NCBI GenBank assembly: GCA_965205265.1
Contig: CBDBGH010000003.1
Location: 480,001-544,000, forward strand
DNA length: 64,000 bases
Reading direction: 5' to 3'
Source: Alphaproteobacteria bacterium
GTDB lineage: Bacteria > Pseudomonadota > Alphaproteobacteria > Bin95
This document shows positions 10,167 to 20,512 of this stretch, in pieces; within the stretch, counting starts at the first letter, position 1; each line of letters begins with the position of its first letter. A model generated the notes under the pieces. It did not search any database and was not told the origin of the DNA. It worked only from the letters and a program-made list of their open reading frames with translations. The translations under genes and the position numbers were made by a program.

Positions 10167-10568
10167 ATGACCGGGACATTGACGGAGCGCAGGCGGGGCA
10201 GCCCCGTCGGCGAGGACCTCCGCCGCCGGGCGGTTGCGGCGGTGCTGGAGAAAGGAATGACCGGGCGGGCCGCCGCCCGGCATTTCGAGGTGAGCGAACC
10301 CAGCGTCTGGCGGTGGGTAAGGCGCTACCGGCAGCGCGGCCATCTTCGCCCCGACCCGAAGAGCGGCCGCCCGTCCGGGATCGAGCCGGAGCGGGAGCGC
10401 ATTTTCCGCCTTGTGGAGGGCCGGCCGGACCTCTCGGTGCGCGCGCTGCAACGGGCGCTCGCCGCCGAGGGCGCGGTTTTCGCCGTAACCACCCTGCACC
10501 GCTTCCTGAAGCGCCACGGCCTCCAGCGCCGCCGCCGCAACCCCGCCCCCACGCCCGCCGGCGGCTGA
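10167..10568 (+). CDS. IS630-family transposase N-terminal HTH protein (no catalytic domain)
   Basis: DLRRRAVAAV, AAARHFEVSEPSVWRWVRRYRQRG, TLHRFLKRHGL; no DDE ORF follows. Confidence 0.75.
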   Translation: MTGTLTERRRGSPVGEDLRRRAVAAVLEKGMTGRAAARHFEVSEPSVWRWVRRYRQRGHLRPDPKSGRPSGIEPERERIFRLVEGRPDLSVRALQRALAAEGAVFAVTTLHRFLKRHGLQRRRRNPAPTPAGG

Positions 10569-10585
10569 TGCGGGCCCTCTTCATC

Positions 10586-10875
10586 GTCATACCCGGACTT
10601 GTTCCACTGCTGTCCGGTTTAGATTTGGGGGACAGAGCGCATGGCTTGGATTCAACCGGGTTTCGAGGGGTTCGGCGAAATCGGGACTCGGATCGACACC
10701 CGGCGTCCCGGCCCTGTTCCCGTCATACCCGGACTTGTTCCGGGTATCCATACGGCCGCCTGGTGGAGCCGCTTGAGAGAGATACCCGGAACAAGTCCGG
10801 GTATGACGAAAGGGGGGCGTCCGGGTATGACGGACAGGGGGCGTCCGAGCATGACGGAGGAGGGCGTTCGGGCAG
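10586..10875. repeat. family A REP half + MITE-like left arm + REP dimer + decaying ~23-bp tandem repeats
   Basis: GTCATACCCGGACTTGTTCC joined to ACTGCTGTCCGGTTTAG (10606); full dimer 10722-10807; GGGGGCGTCCGGGTATGACGGA-like units follow. Confidence 0.8.
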
Positions 10876-10957
10876 GGTGGACGGAACGCCGGGATCGATC
10901 CCGATGCGCGTTGCGCTCACAGTCCGCGGCCTCCCCGGTGCTGGCCTTGCGGGCCGA

Positions 10958-11263
10958 TCACGCCGGATGATACCGGCGAACGTCGATCTCGCCGGCCCGT
11001 GCGCGCATCTGCGCGGCGTCGTGCCACGCCTGCATCCGCAGCAGCAGGTCCATGCTGAGGCCGAACGCCTTCTCGACCCGCATCGCCATCTCGGGCGACA
11101 GCGAGGCGTTGCCGTTCACCAGGTCCGAGAGCGTCGCGCGGCGCACGCCGAGAATCCGCGCCGCCGCCGCAACGCTCAACCCCAGTTCCTCAAGGGCCTC
11201 GATCCGGATGAAGGTTCCGGGATGCGGGGGAGTCATCCCCATCTTGATGCCGTCGCTGGTCAT
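10958..11263 (-). CDS. higA: HigA family antitoxin
   Basis: PPHPGTFIR, LGVRRATLSDLVNG, SLSPEMAMR, LLRMQAWHD. Confidence 0.92.
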   Translation of the reverse strand: MTSDGIKMGMTPPHPGTFIRIEALEELGLSVAAAARILGVRRATLSDLVNGNASLSPEMAMRVEKAFGLSMDLLLRMQAWHDAAQMRARAGEIDVRRYHPA

Positions 11264-11553
11264 CAGTGGTAGTCCTCCAGGTTCACGCGCCCGATCGCGC
11301 CATCCCTCTCCTCGAAGGTGATCCGCCAGTTGCCCGACACCGAAACGCTCCACTCGTTGCGGCGCGCGCCGGAGAGCCGGTGGACCCGCCATCCGGGCGC
11401 CGCATCGCGGATAAAGCCCTCCATGGTCTCGGCTATGGCGAGCGCGGCCAGGATACCGCGCACGCGGTCTACGAGGTCCTGTTTCAGCAGCCGGGACGAG
11501 TCGGTCTCGTAGAGCTGGCGCAGGCCCCGGTGGCGAAACGAACGGACGATCAT
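11263..11553 (-). CDS. higB: HigB family toxin (plasmid maintenance killer type)
   Basis: IVRSFRHRGL, HRLSG, WSVSVSGNWRITF, C-terminal EDYH. Confidence 0.92.
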   Translation of the reverse strand: MIVRSFRHRGLRQLYETDSSRLLKQDLVDRVRGILAALAIAETMEGFIRDAAPGWRVHRLSGARRNEWSVSVSGNWRITFEERDGAIGRVNLEDYH

Positions 11554-11696
11554 GGCGGCATGCGTACGGCAATACCGTGCGCAATGCAAGCTTTCGTGGG
11601 TATGAGGCGGCCGGGTCTGGACGACCGCCCGCCGCCTCACCACATTCCGGGAGAGGCCGGGATTCGCAATGCCCGCCTGTCATGGAGGCCGTCGCC

Positions 11697-12815
11697 ATGC
11701 TCATCGGGGTGCCGAAGGAGACCAAGGACCACGAATACCGCGTGGGACTCACGCCCGACAGCGTGAACGAAGCGGCCCTGCACGGTCATGGCGTGATCGT
11801 GGAGCAAGGCGCCGGAACGGGCATCGGGGCTGACGACGCCGACTATACCGAGGCAGGCGCTGAGGTCGTTGACAGCGCGCAAGAGGTCTTCGAGCGGGCG
11901 GAGATGATCGTGAAGGTCAAGGAACCGCTGGCCGCCGAGCGCGCCATGCTGCGCGAGGGGCAAGTGCTCTTCACCTATCTGCACCTCGCTCCGGACCCCG
12001 AGCAGGCCGAGGACCTCGTCAGGAGCAGGGCGGTTTGCATCGCCTACGAGACGGTCACTTCTCCGCGCGGCGGCCTGCCTCTGCTTGCGCCGATGTCGGA
12101 GGTGGCGGGCCGGCTCTCCGTCCAGGCCGCGGCCCACGCGCTCGAAAAGGTCAATGGGGGGAAGGGAATGCTGCTCGGCGGCGTGCCCGGAGCGCCCCGG
12201 GCCAAGGTGGTCATCATCGGCGGCGGGGTGGTCGGCACCCACGCGGCATACATCGCGATGGGGATGGGCGCCGATACATGGGCCATAGACCGCTCGGCGG
12301 AGGCGCTGAGGGCGCTGTGGCGCCAGTTCGGCGGCCCGCTCGACACCGTTTACTCCACCCGCACCATGATCGACCGACACGTCACCGACGCGGACGTGGT
12401 GATCGGCGGCGTGCTCATCCCGGGCGCGACCGCCCCGAAGCTCGTCACGGAGGGCATGATCCGCCGGATGAAGCCGGGCTCGGTGGTGGTCGATGTCGCC
12501 ATCGACCAGGGCGGCTGCTTCGAGACTTCGCATCCCACCACCCACAGCGACCCGACCTACATCGTGGACGATGTGGTCCATTACTGCGTGGCCAACATGC
12601 CGGGCGCCGTCCCGCAGACCTCGACCTACGCGCTCAACAACGCGACGCTCCCGCATGTGCTGGCGCTGGCCGACAAGGGCTACCGCCGCGCGCTTGCCGA
12701 CGACCCCCACCTGCGCAACGGCCTCAACGTGCATGCCGGCGAGGTGACCTGCAGGGAGGTCGCCGACGCGCTCGGTTATCCGTACCGCGAGCCCATGGAG
12801 GCAATGGCGGCGTAA
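11697..12815 (+). CDS. ald: alanine dehydrogenase
   Basis: [65 protein letters not shown]. Confidence 0.97.
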   Translation: MLIGVPKETKDHEYRVGLTPDSVNEAALHGHGVIVEQGAGTGIGADDADYTEAGAEVVDSAQEVFERAEMIVKVKEPLAAERAMLREGQVLFTYLHLAPDPEQAEDLVRSRAVCIAYETVTSPRGGLPLLAPMSEVAGRLSVQAAAHALEKVNGGKGMLLGGVPGAPRAKVVIIGGGVVGTHAAYIAMGMGADTWAIDRSAEALRALWRQFGGPLDTVYSTRTMIDRHVTDADVVIGGVLIPGATAPKLVTEGMIRRMKPGSVVVDVAIDQGGCFETSHPTTHSDPTYIVDDVVHYCVANMPGAVPQTSTYALNNATLPHVLALADKGYRRALADDPHLRNGLNVHAGEVTCREVADALGYPYREPMEAMAA

Positions 12816-12852
12816 TACCAGCGGCTGCAAGCAAGAACCCATGAGCCTTTGC

Positions 12853-12965
12853 CGTCGTCCCGGACGGCGCGTCAGCGCCGATCCGGGACCTTTCCCGGTA
12901 GGCGCAACGCCGCAGGGAGACCCCGGCTCTCCACTCCGCTTCGCTCCGTTCCGGCCGGGGTGACG
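12853..12965. repeat. CGTC-type REP-like palindromic pair
   Basis: CGTCGTCCCGGA...TCCGGGACC and CCCCGGC...GCCGGGGTGACG. Confidence 0.6.
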
Positions 12966-13168
12966 CTGAAGGGGAACCGGGGCGTCCCCCGGTTTCGCGA
13001 GGGCAGGCGGCGGGGCGCGTTCTTCATGAGTCGCAACCCGCCGCCGCTGGAAAAAGGGGGAAACCGGCCGGGCCGCTCCGCCGGGACGGGCGTCCCGATT
13101 TCTCCGTTCCGGCCCCAGCCTGTATGATGGGCGGGTTCGGGCAGTCTTTCCGGGAGAGGGAGCGGAAT

Positions 13169-14200
13169 ATGTTGACGACACGGTTTGCGGCCGCGCTCCG
13201 GCGGTCGGCGCTGGCGCTGCTGGCGGGGGCGACGGTTCTTGCCGGCACCGCGGTTGCGGCGGACGACAGGATCAAGGTGGGGGCGCTGCGCTTTACCTCC
13301 CACTCCGCAAGCTTCATCGCCTTCGAGAAGGGCTACTTCAAGGAAGCCGGGCTCGATGTCGAGTTCGTGTATTTCCAGGCCGCCGCGCCGATGGCGGTCG
13401 CCATTGCCTCCGGCGACATCGACTACGGCGTCACCGCGATTACCGGCGGGCTCATAAACCTCGCCGACAAGGGCGCCATCAAGGTCATAGGCGGCGCGCT
13501 GCACGAGGAGGAGGGGATCGACGGGTCCGCGATCCTCGTTTCCGACGCGGCGTTCAAGGACGGCGTGACCTCGCCAGCGAAGCTCGCCGGGCGCAGCTTC
13601 GGCATCACGCAGACGGGCTCCTCCTTCCACTACATGGCGTCGCGCATTGCCGAAAAGGAAGGCATCCCGATGTCCGAGATCGCGCTCAAGCCGCTGCAGA
13701 AGGTGGGCGCGGTCATCGGCGCGCTCAAATCGGGCCAGATCGACGCCTGGGCCATCGTGCCGCATATCGCCAAGGCGCTGGCGAAGGGCGGCGCGGTCCA
13801 CATCGTCGGCTGGGTCAACGACTATGCGCCCGACTACCAGGTGACGACCGTGTTCACCTCGGCGGAGAACGCGGCCAACAAGCGGGACCTGACGACGCGC
13901 TTCCTCGCGGCCTTCTCGCGCGGGGCGGCCGACTTCAACGCCGCGCTTGTGGACAAGACCGCCGGCGAGGACGCGGCCGAGGCGACGGTCAGGCTCATCC
14001 ACAAATACGTCTATACCAGCCGGCCCTACGAGAAGGCCGCGCCGTCGATCCGCAACGGCGCCATGCGGCTCAACGAAGGCGCGAAGCTGAACCTGTCGAG
14101 CGTCCGGGCGCAGCTCGACTGGTTCAAGGCCGAAGGGCTGGTGAAGGGCGACATCGGCATCGACAAGCTGGTGGACGGGAGCTACGTCGAAACCTACTGA
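13169..14200 (+). CDS. ABC transporter substrate-binding protein (SsuA/NMT1/THI5-like)
   Basis: Signal peptide; IAFEKGYFKEAGLDVE; ALKSGQIDA. Confidence 0.88.
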   Translation: MLTTRFAAALRRSALALLAGATVLAGTAVAADDRIKVGALRFTSHSASFIAFEKGYFKEAGLDVEFVYFQAAAPMAVAIASGDIDYGVTAITGGLINLADKGAIKVIGGALHEEEGIDGSAILVSDAAFKDGVTSPAKLAGRSFGITQTGSSFHYMASRIAEKEGIPMSEIALKPLQKVGAVIGALKSGQIDAWAIVPHIAKALAKGGAVHIVGWVNDYAPDYQVTTVFTSAENAANKRDLTTRFLAAFSRGAADFNAALVDKTAGEDAAEATVRLIHKYVYTSRPYEKAAPSIRNGAMRLNEGAKLNLSSVRAQLDWFKAEGLVKGDIGIDKLVDGSYVETY

Positions 14201-14262
14201 CCCGCCGGGCCTGCCGCATGCATACATCTCTGCCCGGTCGTGTGGCATTGCATGTCCCACTT

Positions 14263-14417
14263 CGTCACCCCGGCCCCCGAGCCGGGGTCCAGCCTCGATT
14301 CTCGCGGCAGCTCCGGATCGCGGTCCGGGGCAGGCCCCGGCGGTTCGGCCTCTTCTCCACCGGCCGCGGCGGCATCGGGAGTCATGGATGGACCCCGGCT
14401 CGGGGGCCGGGGTGACG
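14263..14417. repeat. CGTC-type REP dimer inside ABC operon
   Basis: CGTCACCCCGGCCCCCGAGCCGGGGTCCA and its reverse complement TGGACCCCGGCTCGGGGGCCGGGGTGACG. Confidence 0.85.
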
Positions 14418-14439
14418 GATGGGGGGCGGGGGCGGCGCG

Positions 14440-15199
<760 letters not shown>

Positions 15200-15207
<8 letters not shown>

Positions 15208-16003
15208 GCGCAGCGATGGCGACCGCCCCGTCGCGTTCCGGGGCGGCGGCTTCTCGCCGCGGCCGCTCGGCGTCGTCGGGCCGCTGGTGTTCATCGCCGT
15301 CCTTGCATTGTGGGAGGCGGGGTGCCGCACGGGCGCGATCCCGCCGCTGGTGCTGCCGGCACCGTCGGAGGCGCTGGCCGCGCTCGCCCATCTCGTCGAA
15401 AGCGGGCTGCTCTGGAAGCATCTGGGCGCCTCGCTCCAGCGCCTCCTGGCCGGCTGGACGCTGGGCACGCTGCTCGGCATCGCCGTCGGCTTCTCCATCG
15501 GGCTGTTCTCGCTCGCCCGCGCCGGGCTGGCGCCGGTGGTGGCGGCCATCTTCCCGATCCCGAAGATCGCGCTGCTGCCGCTCTTCGTGGTCTGGTTCGG
15601 CATCGGCGAGGGATCGAAGGTGGCGACCATCCTCTTCGGCACCTTCTTCCCGACCGTGGTCGCGACCTATGGCGGCGTGGACAATGTGGACCGCGGCCTG
15701 ATCCGGATGGGGCAGTCCTTCGGGCTCTCCTGGCTCTCCATCGTGCGCAAGATCGTCCTGCCGGGCGCGCTGCCGGCGATCCTGCCGGGCTTCCGCATTT
15801 CGGCCGCCATCGCCATCGTGCTGCTGGTTGCAGCGGAGATGATCGGCGCCGAGTTCGGGGTCGGCGCCTATATCCTGCTCGCCGGCAGCCTCATGGCGCT
15901 GGACGAGCTGCTGGCCGGCGTCGCGATCCTGTCCGTCATGGGATTGACCGTGAACTGGTCGATCGCGCGCCTGGAGCGCTTCCTGCTCAGATGGCGGACA
16001 TGA
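15200..16003 (+). CDS. ABC transporter permease (SsuC/TauC-like)
   Basis: PIPKIALLPLFVVWFGIGE, LLVAAEMIGA. Confidence 0.93.
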
Positions 16004-16049
16004 GCGCCGGCGGTTGACGCCCGCAGGCGCCCGGCCTATTCCGGCAGCC

Positions 16050-17012
16050 ATGTCCGAGATCGCCCGGGACCTGCTGCGAGAGGCCGCCACGGAGATCATG
16101 GCGCGCGCCGCCATCGAAATCCCGCGCGACTACCGCGACGGCATACGCGGCATGCTGGGGCGCGAGCAGCACGAGCTCTCGCGTTTCGTGCTGGAGGCGA
16201 TGCTGGAGAATTGGGAGGCGGCGGAGGCCGACCGCCGCGCCATGTGCGCCGACACGGGCGTGCCGCGCTTCTATGTGAAGGCCGGCAACGAGGCGCGGCC
16301 GGAAGGCGGCTTCGTGGCGCTGGAGGAGGCGATTCGCGCGGCCACGGCCGAGGCGACGCGAACCGTGCCGCTCCGCCCGAACCGGGTGCATCCGCTCTGG
16401 CGCACCGACCATGACAACAATGTCGGCATCAACGCGCCGGAAATCGAATACAGCTTCGAGCCGGATGCGGACTGGATCGAGCTCACCACCGTCCACAAGG
16501 GCGGGCTGTTCGGCACCGACTACCGGATGCTGTTCCCCGCCGACGGCATGGACGGCATCAAGCGCTTCTTCCTCGATACGCTGGTGCAGTTCGGGCGGCG
16601 CGGCCTCGCCTGCCAGCCGGCCATCGTCGGCATCGGGCTGGGCGGCTCCAAGGACACCTCCATGACGCTCGGCAAGCAGGCCGCCTGCCTGCGGCCCGTG
16701 GGCGAGCCTAACCCCGATCCGGGCATCGCGAAGCTGGAGGCGGAGCTGAAGGAGCTCGGCAACAATATCGGCATGGGGCCGATGGGCTTCGTCGGCTCCT
16801 CCATGGTGATCGACTGCCATGTGGAGGTCGGCTACACGCATACCGGCGGCATGCCGATGAGCGTGCATTGCTTCTGCCTCTCCTCGCGCCGGGCGACGGC
16901 GCGGGTCCATGCCGGCGGCGGGGTCGAATACCGCAGCGACCCGCGCTGGTTCACGCCTTATATGCGCCGGGAGACGGTCGGGTGGCCCACACCCCTCGCA
17001 CGCACCGCCTGA
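16050..17012 (+). CDS. Fe-S hydro-lyase, class I fumarate hydratase/tartrate dehydratase alpha subunit
   Basis: AMCADTG, PLRPN, ACQPAIVGIGLGG, GMGPMGF, HCFC. Confidence 0.85.
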   Translation: MSEIARDLLREAATEIMARAAIEIPRDYRDGIRGMLGREQHELSRFVLEAMLENWEAAEADRRAMCADTGVPRFYVKAGNEARPEGGFVALEEAIRAATAEATRTVPLRPNRVHPLWRTDHDNNVGINAPEIEYSFEPDADWIELTTVHKGGLFGTDYRMLFPADGMDGIKRFFLDTLVQFGRRGLACQPAIVGIGLGGSKDTSMTLGKQAACLRPVGEPNPDPGIAKLEAELKELGNNIGMGPMGFVGSSMVIDCHVEVGYTHTGGMPMSVHCFCLSSRRATARVHAGGGVEYRSDPRWFTPYMRRETVGWPTPLARTA

Positions 17013-17653
17013 GCACGCCGGTCGGGCCGGAGGCGCTCGCGGCGCTCGCCATCGGCGACATCGTCTATCTGGACGGGGTGATCTATACCGGCCGCGAGGG
17101 GCTTTACCGCCGGCTGGTGGACGAAGGCATGGCCCCGCCGGTGGACCTCAAGGCGCTCAGCAACGTCAATTTCCACTGCTCGCCCGCCGCCAGCGTGGCC
17201 GAGGACGGCAGCCTGAACCTCGGCGCGGTGACGGCGACGGCGAGCTTTCGCTTCTCGCGCTTCATGGCGCGCTTCTTCGAGCTTTCGGGCGCGAAGGTGA
17301 TCGTCGGCAAGGGCGGCATGTCGGAGGCCGACTACCGCGACCTCTTCGTGCCGAACGGGGCGGTCTATCTCACCACGGTCGGCTACGGCACGGGCGCGTT
17401 GCTCGGGCGCGGCGTCACGCATGTGCAGGCGGCGCACTGGCTGGAGGACCTCGGCATCGCCCAGGCGGTCTGGGTGCTGGAGGTTGCCCGCTTCGGCCCG
17501 CTGCTGGTCGAGAGCGACCTCGCCGGCAACAGCCTCTTCGAGCGCGAGAACCGGGCCACGGCCGAGGCGGTCGAGCGCGCCTATGCCGGCCTCAGGCCGC
17601 CCTCCCTCTCCCGCTACGGCGAAACCGTCTCGCGCGGCGACGAGGTGCTTTAG
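16982..17653 (+). CDS. Fe-S hydro-lyase beta subunit (fumarase C-terminal domain)
   Basis: LAIGDIVYLDGVIYTGRE, ATASFR, IVGKGGM, FGPLLV; GTG start inferred from GGAGA. Confidence 0.85.
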   Translation: MAHTPRTHRLSTPVGPEALAALAIGDIVYLDGVIYTGREGLYRRLVDEGMAPPVDLKALSNVNFHCSPAASVAEDGSLNLGAVTATASFRFSRFMARFFELSGAKVIVGKGGMSEADYRDLFVPNGAVYLTTVGYGTGALLGRGVTHVQAAHWLEDLGIAQAVWVLEVARFGPLLVESDLAGNSLFERENRATAEAVERAYAGLRPPSLSRYGETVSRGDEVL

Positions 17654-17682
17654 GCGAACTTCCGGCGGCATCCGCAAGCGGG

Positions 17683-17714
17683 CCGTGACAAGGATGCGGC
17701 TTCCGGGCTAAACC
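17683..17714 (+). promoter_or_regulatory. recurrent promoter-like motif, copy 3, upstream of hslV
   Basis: CCGTGACA-AGGATGCGGCT-TCCGGGCTAAACC. Confidence 0.5.
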
Positions 17715-17746
17715 CCCTCTGCGCTTACCGGAGGCTCGGGGGCCCC

Positions 17747-18304
17747 ATGGACGACAAAGAAACGCCCGCCTGGCACGGCACCACCATCCTTTCGGTGCGC
17801 AAGGGCGGCCGGGTGGTGATCGCCGGGGACGGGCAGGTGACGCTCGGGCCCACTGTGCTCAAGGCCAATGCGCGCAAGGTGCGCCCGCTCGGCGACGGCA
17901 AGGTGATCGCGGGCTTCGCCGGCGCCACCGCCGACGCCTTCGCCCTCTTCGAGCGCCTTGAAGGCAAGCTGGAGCAATACAAGGGCCAGCTGGCGCGCGC
18001 CTGCGTGGAGATGGCGAAGGACTGGCGCACGGACCGCTACCTGCGCCGGCTGGAGGCGATGATGGCGGTGGCCGACCGGGACGTCTCGCTGGTGCTGACC
18101 GGCAATGGCGACGTGCTGGAGCCGGAGGACGGGCTGATCGGCATCGGCTCGGGCGGGGCCTATGCGCTGGCGGCGGCCCGCGCGCTGCATCCCGTCGAGG
18201 ACATGGACGCCGAGACGGTCGCGCGGCGCGCCATGGAAATCGCGGCCGGCATCTGCATCTATACCAACAGCGAACTGACCATCGAGAGCCTGGAGACGCC
18301 GTGA
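17747..18304 (+). CDS. hslV: ATP-dependent protease subunit HslV
   Basis: HGTTILSVR (catalytic Thr), [23 protein letters not shown]. Confidence 0.97.
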   Translation: MDDKETPAWHGTTILSVRKGGRVVIAGDGQVTLGPTVLKANARKVRPLGDGKVIAGFAGATADAFALFERLEGKLEQYKGQLARACVEMAKDWRTDRYLRRLEAMMAVADRDVSLVLTGNGDVLEPEDGLIGIGSGGAYALAAARALHPVEDMDAETVARRAMEIAAGICIYTNSELTIESLETP

Positions 18305-19614
18305 CCTCGTTCAGCCCCCGGGAGATCGTTTCCGAGCTCGACCGCTTCATCGTGGGCCAGGACGACGCCAAGCGCGCCGTCGCCATCGCGCTGCGCAACC
18401 GCTGGCGCCGCCAGCAGCTTCCCGAGGCGCTGCGCGACGAAATCCTTCCGAAGAACATCCTGATGATCGGGCCTACCGGCGTCGGCAAGACCGAGATCGC
18501 GCGGCGCCTCGCCCGGCTCGCCCAGGCGCCCTTCCTCAAGGTCGAGGCCACCAAGTTCACCGAGGTCGGCTATGTCGGCCGCGATGTCGAGAGCATCGTG
18601 CGCGACATCGTCGAGATTTCGATCCACCTGACCCGCGAGCGCCGGCGCAAGGAGGTGCAGGCCCAGGCCCACGGCGCGGCGGAGGACCGGGTCGTCGATG
18701 CGCTGGTCGGAAAGACCGCCTCCGCCGACACGCGCGAGAAGTTCCGCAAGCTGCTGCGCGACGGCAAGCTCGACGACCGCGAGATCGAGCTGGAACTGGA
18801 GGACACGGGCGGCCTCTCGCTGCCGACCATGGATATTCCCGGCATGCCGGGCGCGCAGATGGGCATGATCAATCTCGGCGACATCTTCGGCAAGGCGCTG
18901 GGCGGCGGCCGCACCAGGACCCGCAAGATGAAGGTCGCGGAGAGCTACGAGGCGCTGATCGCCGAGGAAAGCGACAAGCTGCTCGATGACGAGTCGCTGA
19001 CCCGCGACGCGATCCATGCGGTCGAGCAGAACGGCATCGTGTTCATTGACGAAGTGGACAAGATCTGCGCGCGCTCGGACCGGCTCGGCGCGGATGTCAG
19101 CCGCGAGGGCGTGCAGCGCGACCTGCTGCCGCTGATCGAGGGCACGACCGTCGCCACCAAGCACGGCGCGGTGAAGACCGACCATATCCTGTTCATCGCG
19201 TCCGGCGCCTTCCACCTCGCCAAGCCGGCGGACCTCCTGCCCGAACTCCAGGGCCGGCTGCCGATCCGGGTCGAGCTCGATGCGCTGACGCGCGAGGATT
19301 TCCGCCGCATCCTGACCGAGCCGGAAGCGAGCCTCATCACGCAATACAAGGCGCTGATGGGCACGGAGGACCTGACGCTCGACTTCACCGACGATGCGGT
19401 GGACGCGCTGGCTGAGCTCGCCGCCGACATCAACGCCCAGGTCGAGAATATCGGCGCGCGCCGCCTGCACACCGTGCTGGAGAAGCTGCTGGAGGAAATC
19501 AGCTTCACCGCATCCGACCGCGGCGGCGAAACCGTGACCATAGACGCAGGCGAAGTCCGCGAGCGCGTCGGCGAACTCGCCAAGAGCGCCGACCTGTCGC
19601 GGTTTATTCTCTGA
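18301..19614 (+). CDS. hslU: ATP-dependent protease ATPase subunit HslU
   Basis: [43 protein letters not shown], ends in RFIL. Confidence 0.98.
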   Translation: MTSFSPREIVSELDRFIVGQDDAKRAVAIALRNRWRRQQLPEALRDEILPKNILMIGPTGVGKTEIARRLARLAQAPFLKVEATKFTEVGYVGRDVESIVRDIVEISIHLTRERRRKEVQAQAHGAAEDRVVDALVGKTASADTREKFRKLLRDGKLDDREIELELEDTGGLSLPTMDIPGMPGAQMGMINLGDIFGKALGGGRTRTRKMKVAESYEALIAEESDKLLDDESLTRDAIHAVEQNGIVFIDEVDKICARSDRLGADVSREGVQRDLLPLIEGTTVATKHGAVKTDHILFIASGAFHLAKPADLLPELQGRLPIRVELDALTREDFRRILTEPEASLITQYKALMGTEDLTLDFTDDAVDALAELAADINAQVENIGARRLHTVLEKLLEEISFTASDRGGETVTIDAGEVRERVGELAKSADLSRFIL

Positions 19615-19718
19615 GAGCGCGGGGCCGCCTGGAAAGGACCGCGTCTGCGGACCGCGCACTTTGCCGTCCCGCCCGGCTGCGCTATGCAATGCGGGCAGGC
19701 TGCGACAGGGAGAGGGCG

Positions 19719-20495
19719 ATGACGCAAGCTGTGCTGGTTTCGACGGATGGCGGGGTGGGGGTGCTGACGCTCAACCGGCCGGACAAGTTCAACTGCATCT
19801 CCACCGGGCTTCTGGACGGGCTCATCGCCGGCATGGACCGGTTCGAGGCGGACCCGGCGGTGCGCGCCGTGCTGGTGAATGCGAACGGCAGGCAGTTCTG
19901 CACCGGCGCGGACCTCGACGAGGTGCTGGAGCGGCGGAAGTCGGCCGAGGCGCTCACGCCCTTCATCGGCGCCATCCATGAGGCGACGCGCCGTTTCGAG
20001 GACTCGCCGCTGCCGGTGGTGGCGGCGGTGCAGGGCCTCGCGCTTGCCGGCGGCATGGAGCTCGTCGTCGCCTGCGACACGGTGTTCGCGGCCGAGAGCG
20101 CGCGCATCGGCTGCCAGCACGCCCGCTACGGCCTGCCGCCGGGCGGCGGCGGCACGCAGCGCCTGGCCCGCATCGTTGGCCTCCGCCGGGCGCTCGACCT
20201 CATGTTCACCGCCCGCTGGCTCGACGCGGCCGAGGCGGAGCGCTGGGGCCTCTTCAACCACGTCGTGCCGGATGCGGAGCTGGACGCCCGCGCGCGGGCC
20301 TATTGCGCCGACCTTGCGGCCAAGAGCCGCCACGGCCTCGCCTTCATGAAGGGCATGGCGCGGCGCGGCCTCGAAGGCCCGCTCGACGTGGGTCTCGCGC
20401 TGGAGCGGGGCGCCGTCGTGGCCGCCCTCCAGCACAGCGACGTGGCCGAGGGCCTCGACGCCTTCCAGAACCGCCGCGAGCCGGTCTTTCCATAA
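19719..20495 (+). CDS. enoyl-CoA hydratase/isomerase
   Basis: LNRPDKFN, FCTGADL, AGGMEL, PGGGGTQRL. Confidence 0.92.
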   Translation: MTQAVLVSTDGGVGVLTLNRPDKFNCISTGLLDGLIAGMDRFEADPAVRAVLVNANGRQFCTGADLDEVLERRKSAEALTPFIGAIHEATRRFEDSPLPVVAAVQGLALAGGMELVVACDTVFAAESARIGCQHARYGLPPGGGGTQRLARIVGLRRALDLMFTARWLDAAEAERWGLFNHVVPDAELDARARAYCADLAAKSRHGLAFMKGMARRGLEGPLDVGLALERGAVVAALQHSDVAEGLDAFQNRREPVFP

Positions 20496-20512
20496 ACGGG
20501 AGCCTTCGTTCC

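Noticed and set aside
10586-10875. Possible CRISPR array from repeated palindromes (also 40768-41282)
   Set aside because: Repeats are inverted pairs with irregular spacing, there are no regular unique spacers and no cas genes; they fit REP-like repeats
16868-17012. Frameshift between hydro-lyase alpha and beta subunits
   Set aside because: GTG at 16982 with upstream GGAGA gives a normal overlapping start, and split subunits are usual for this family
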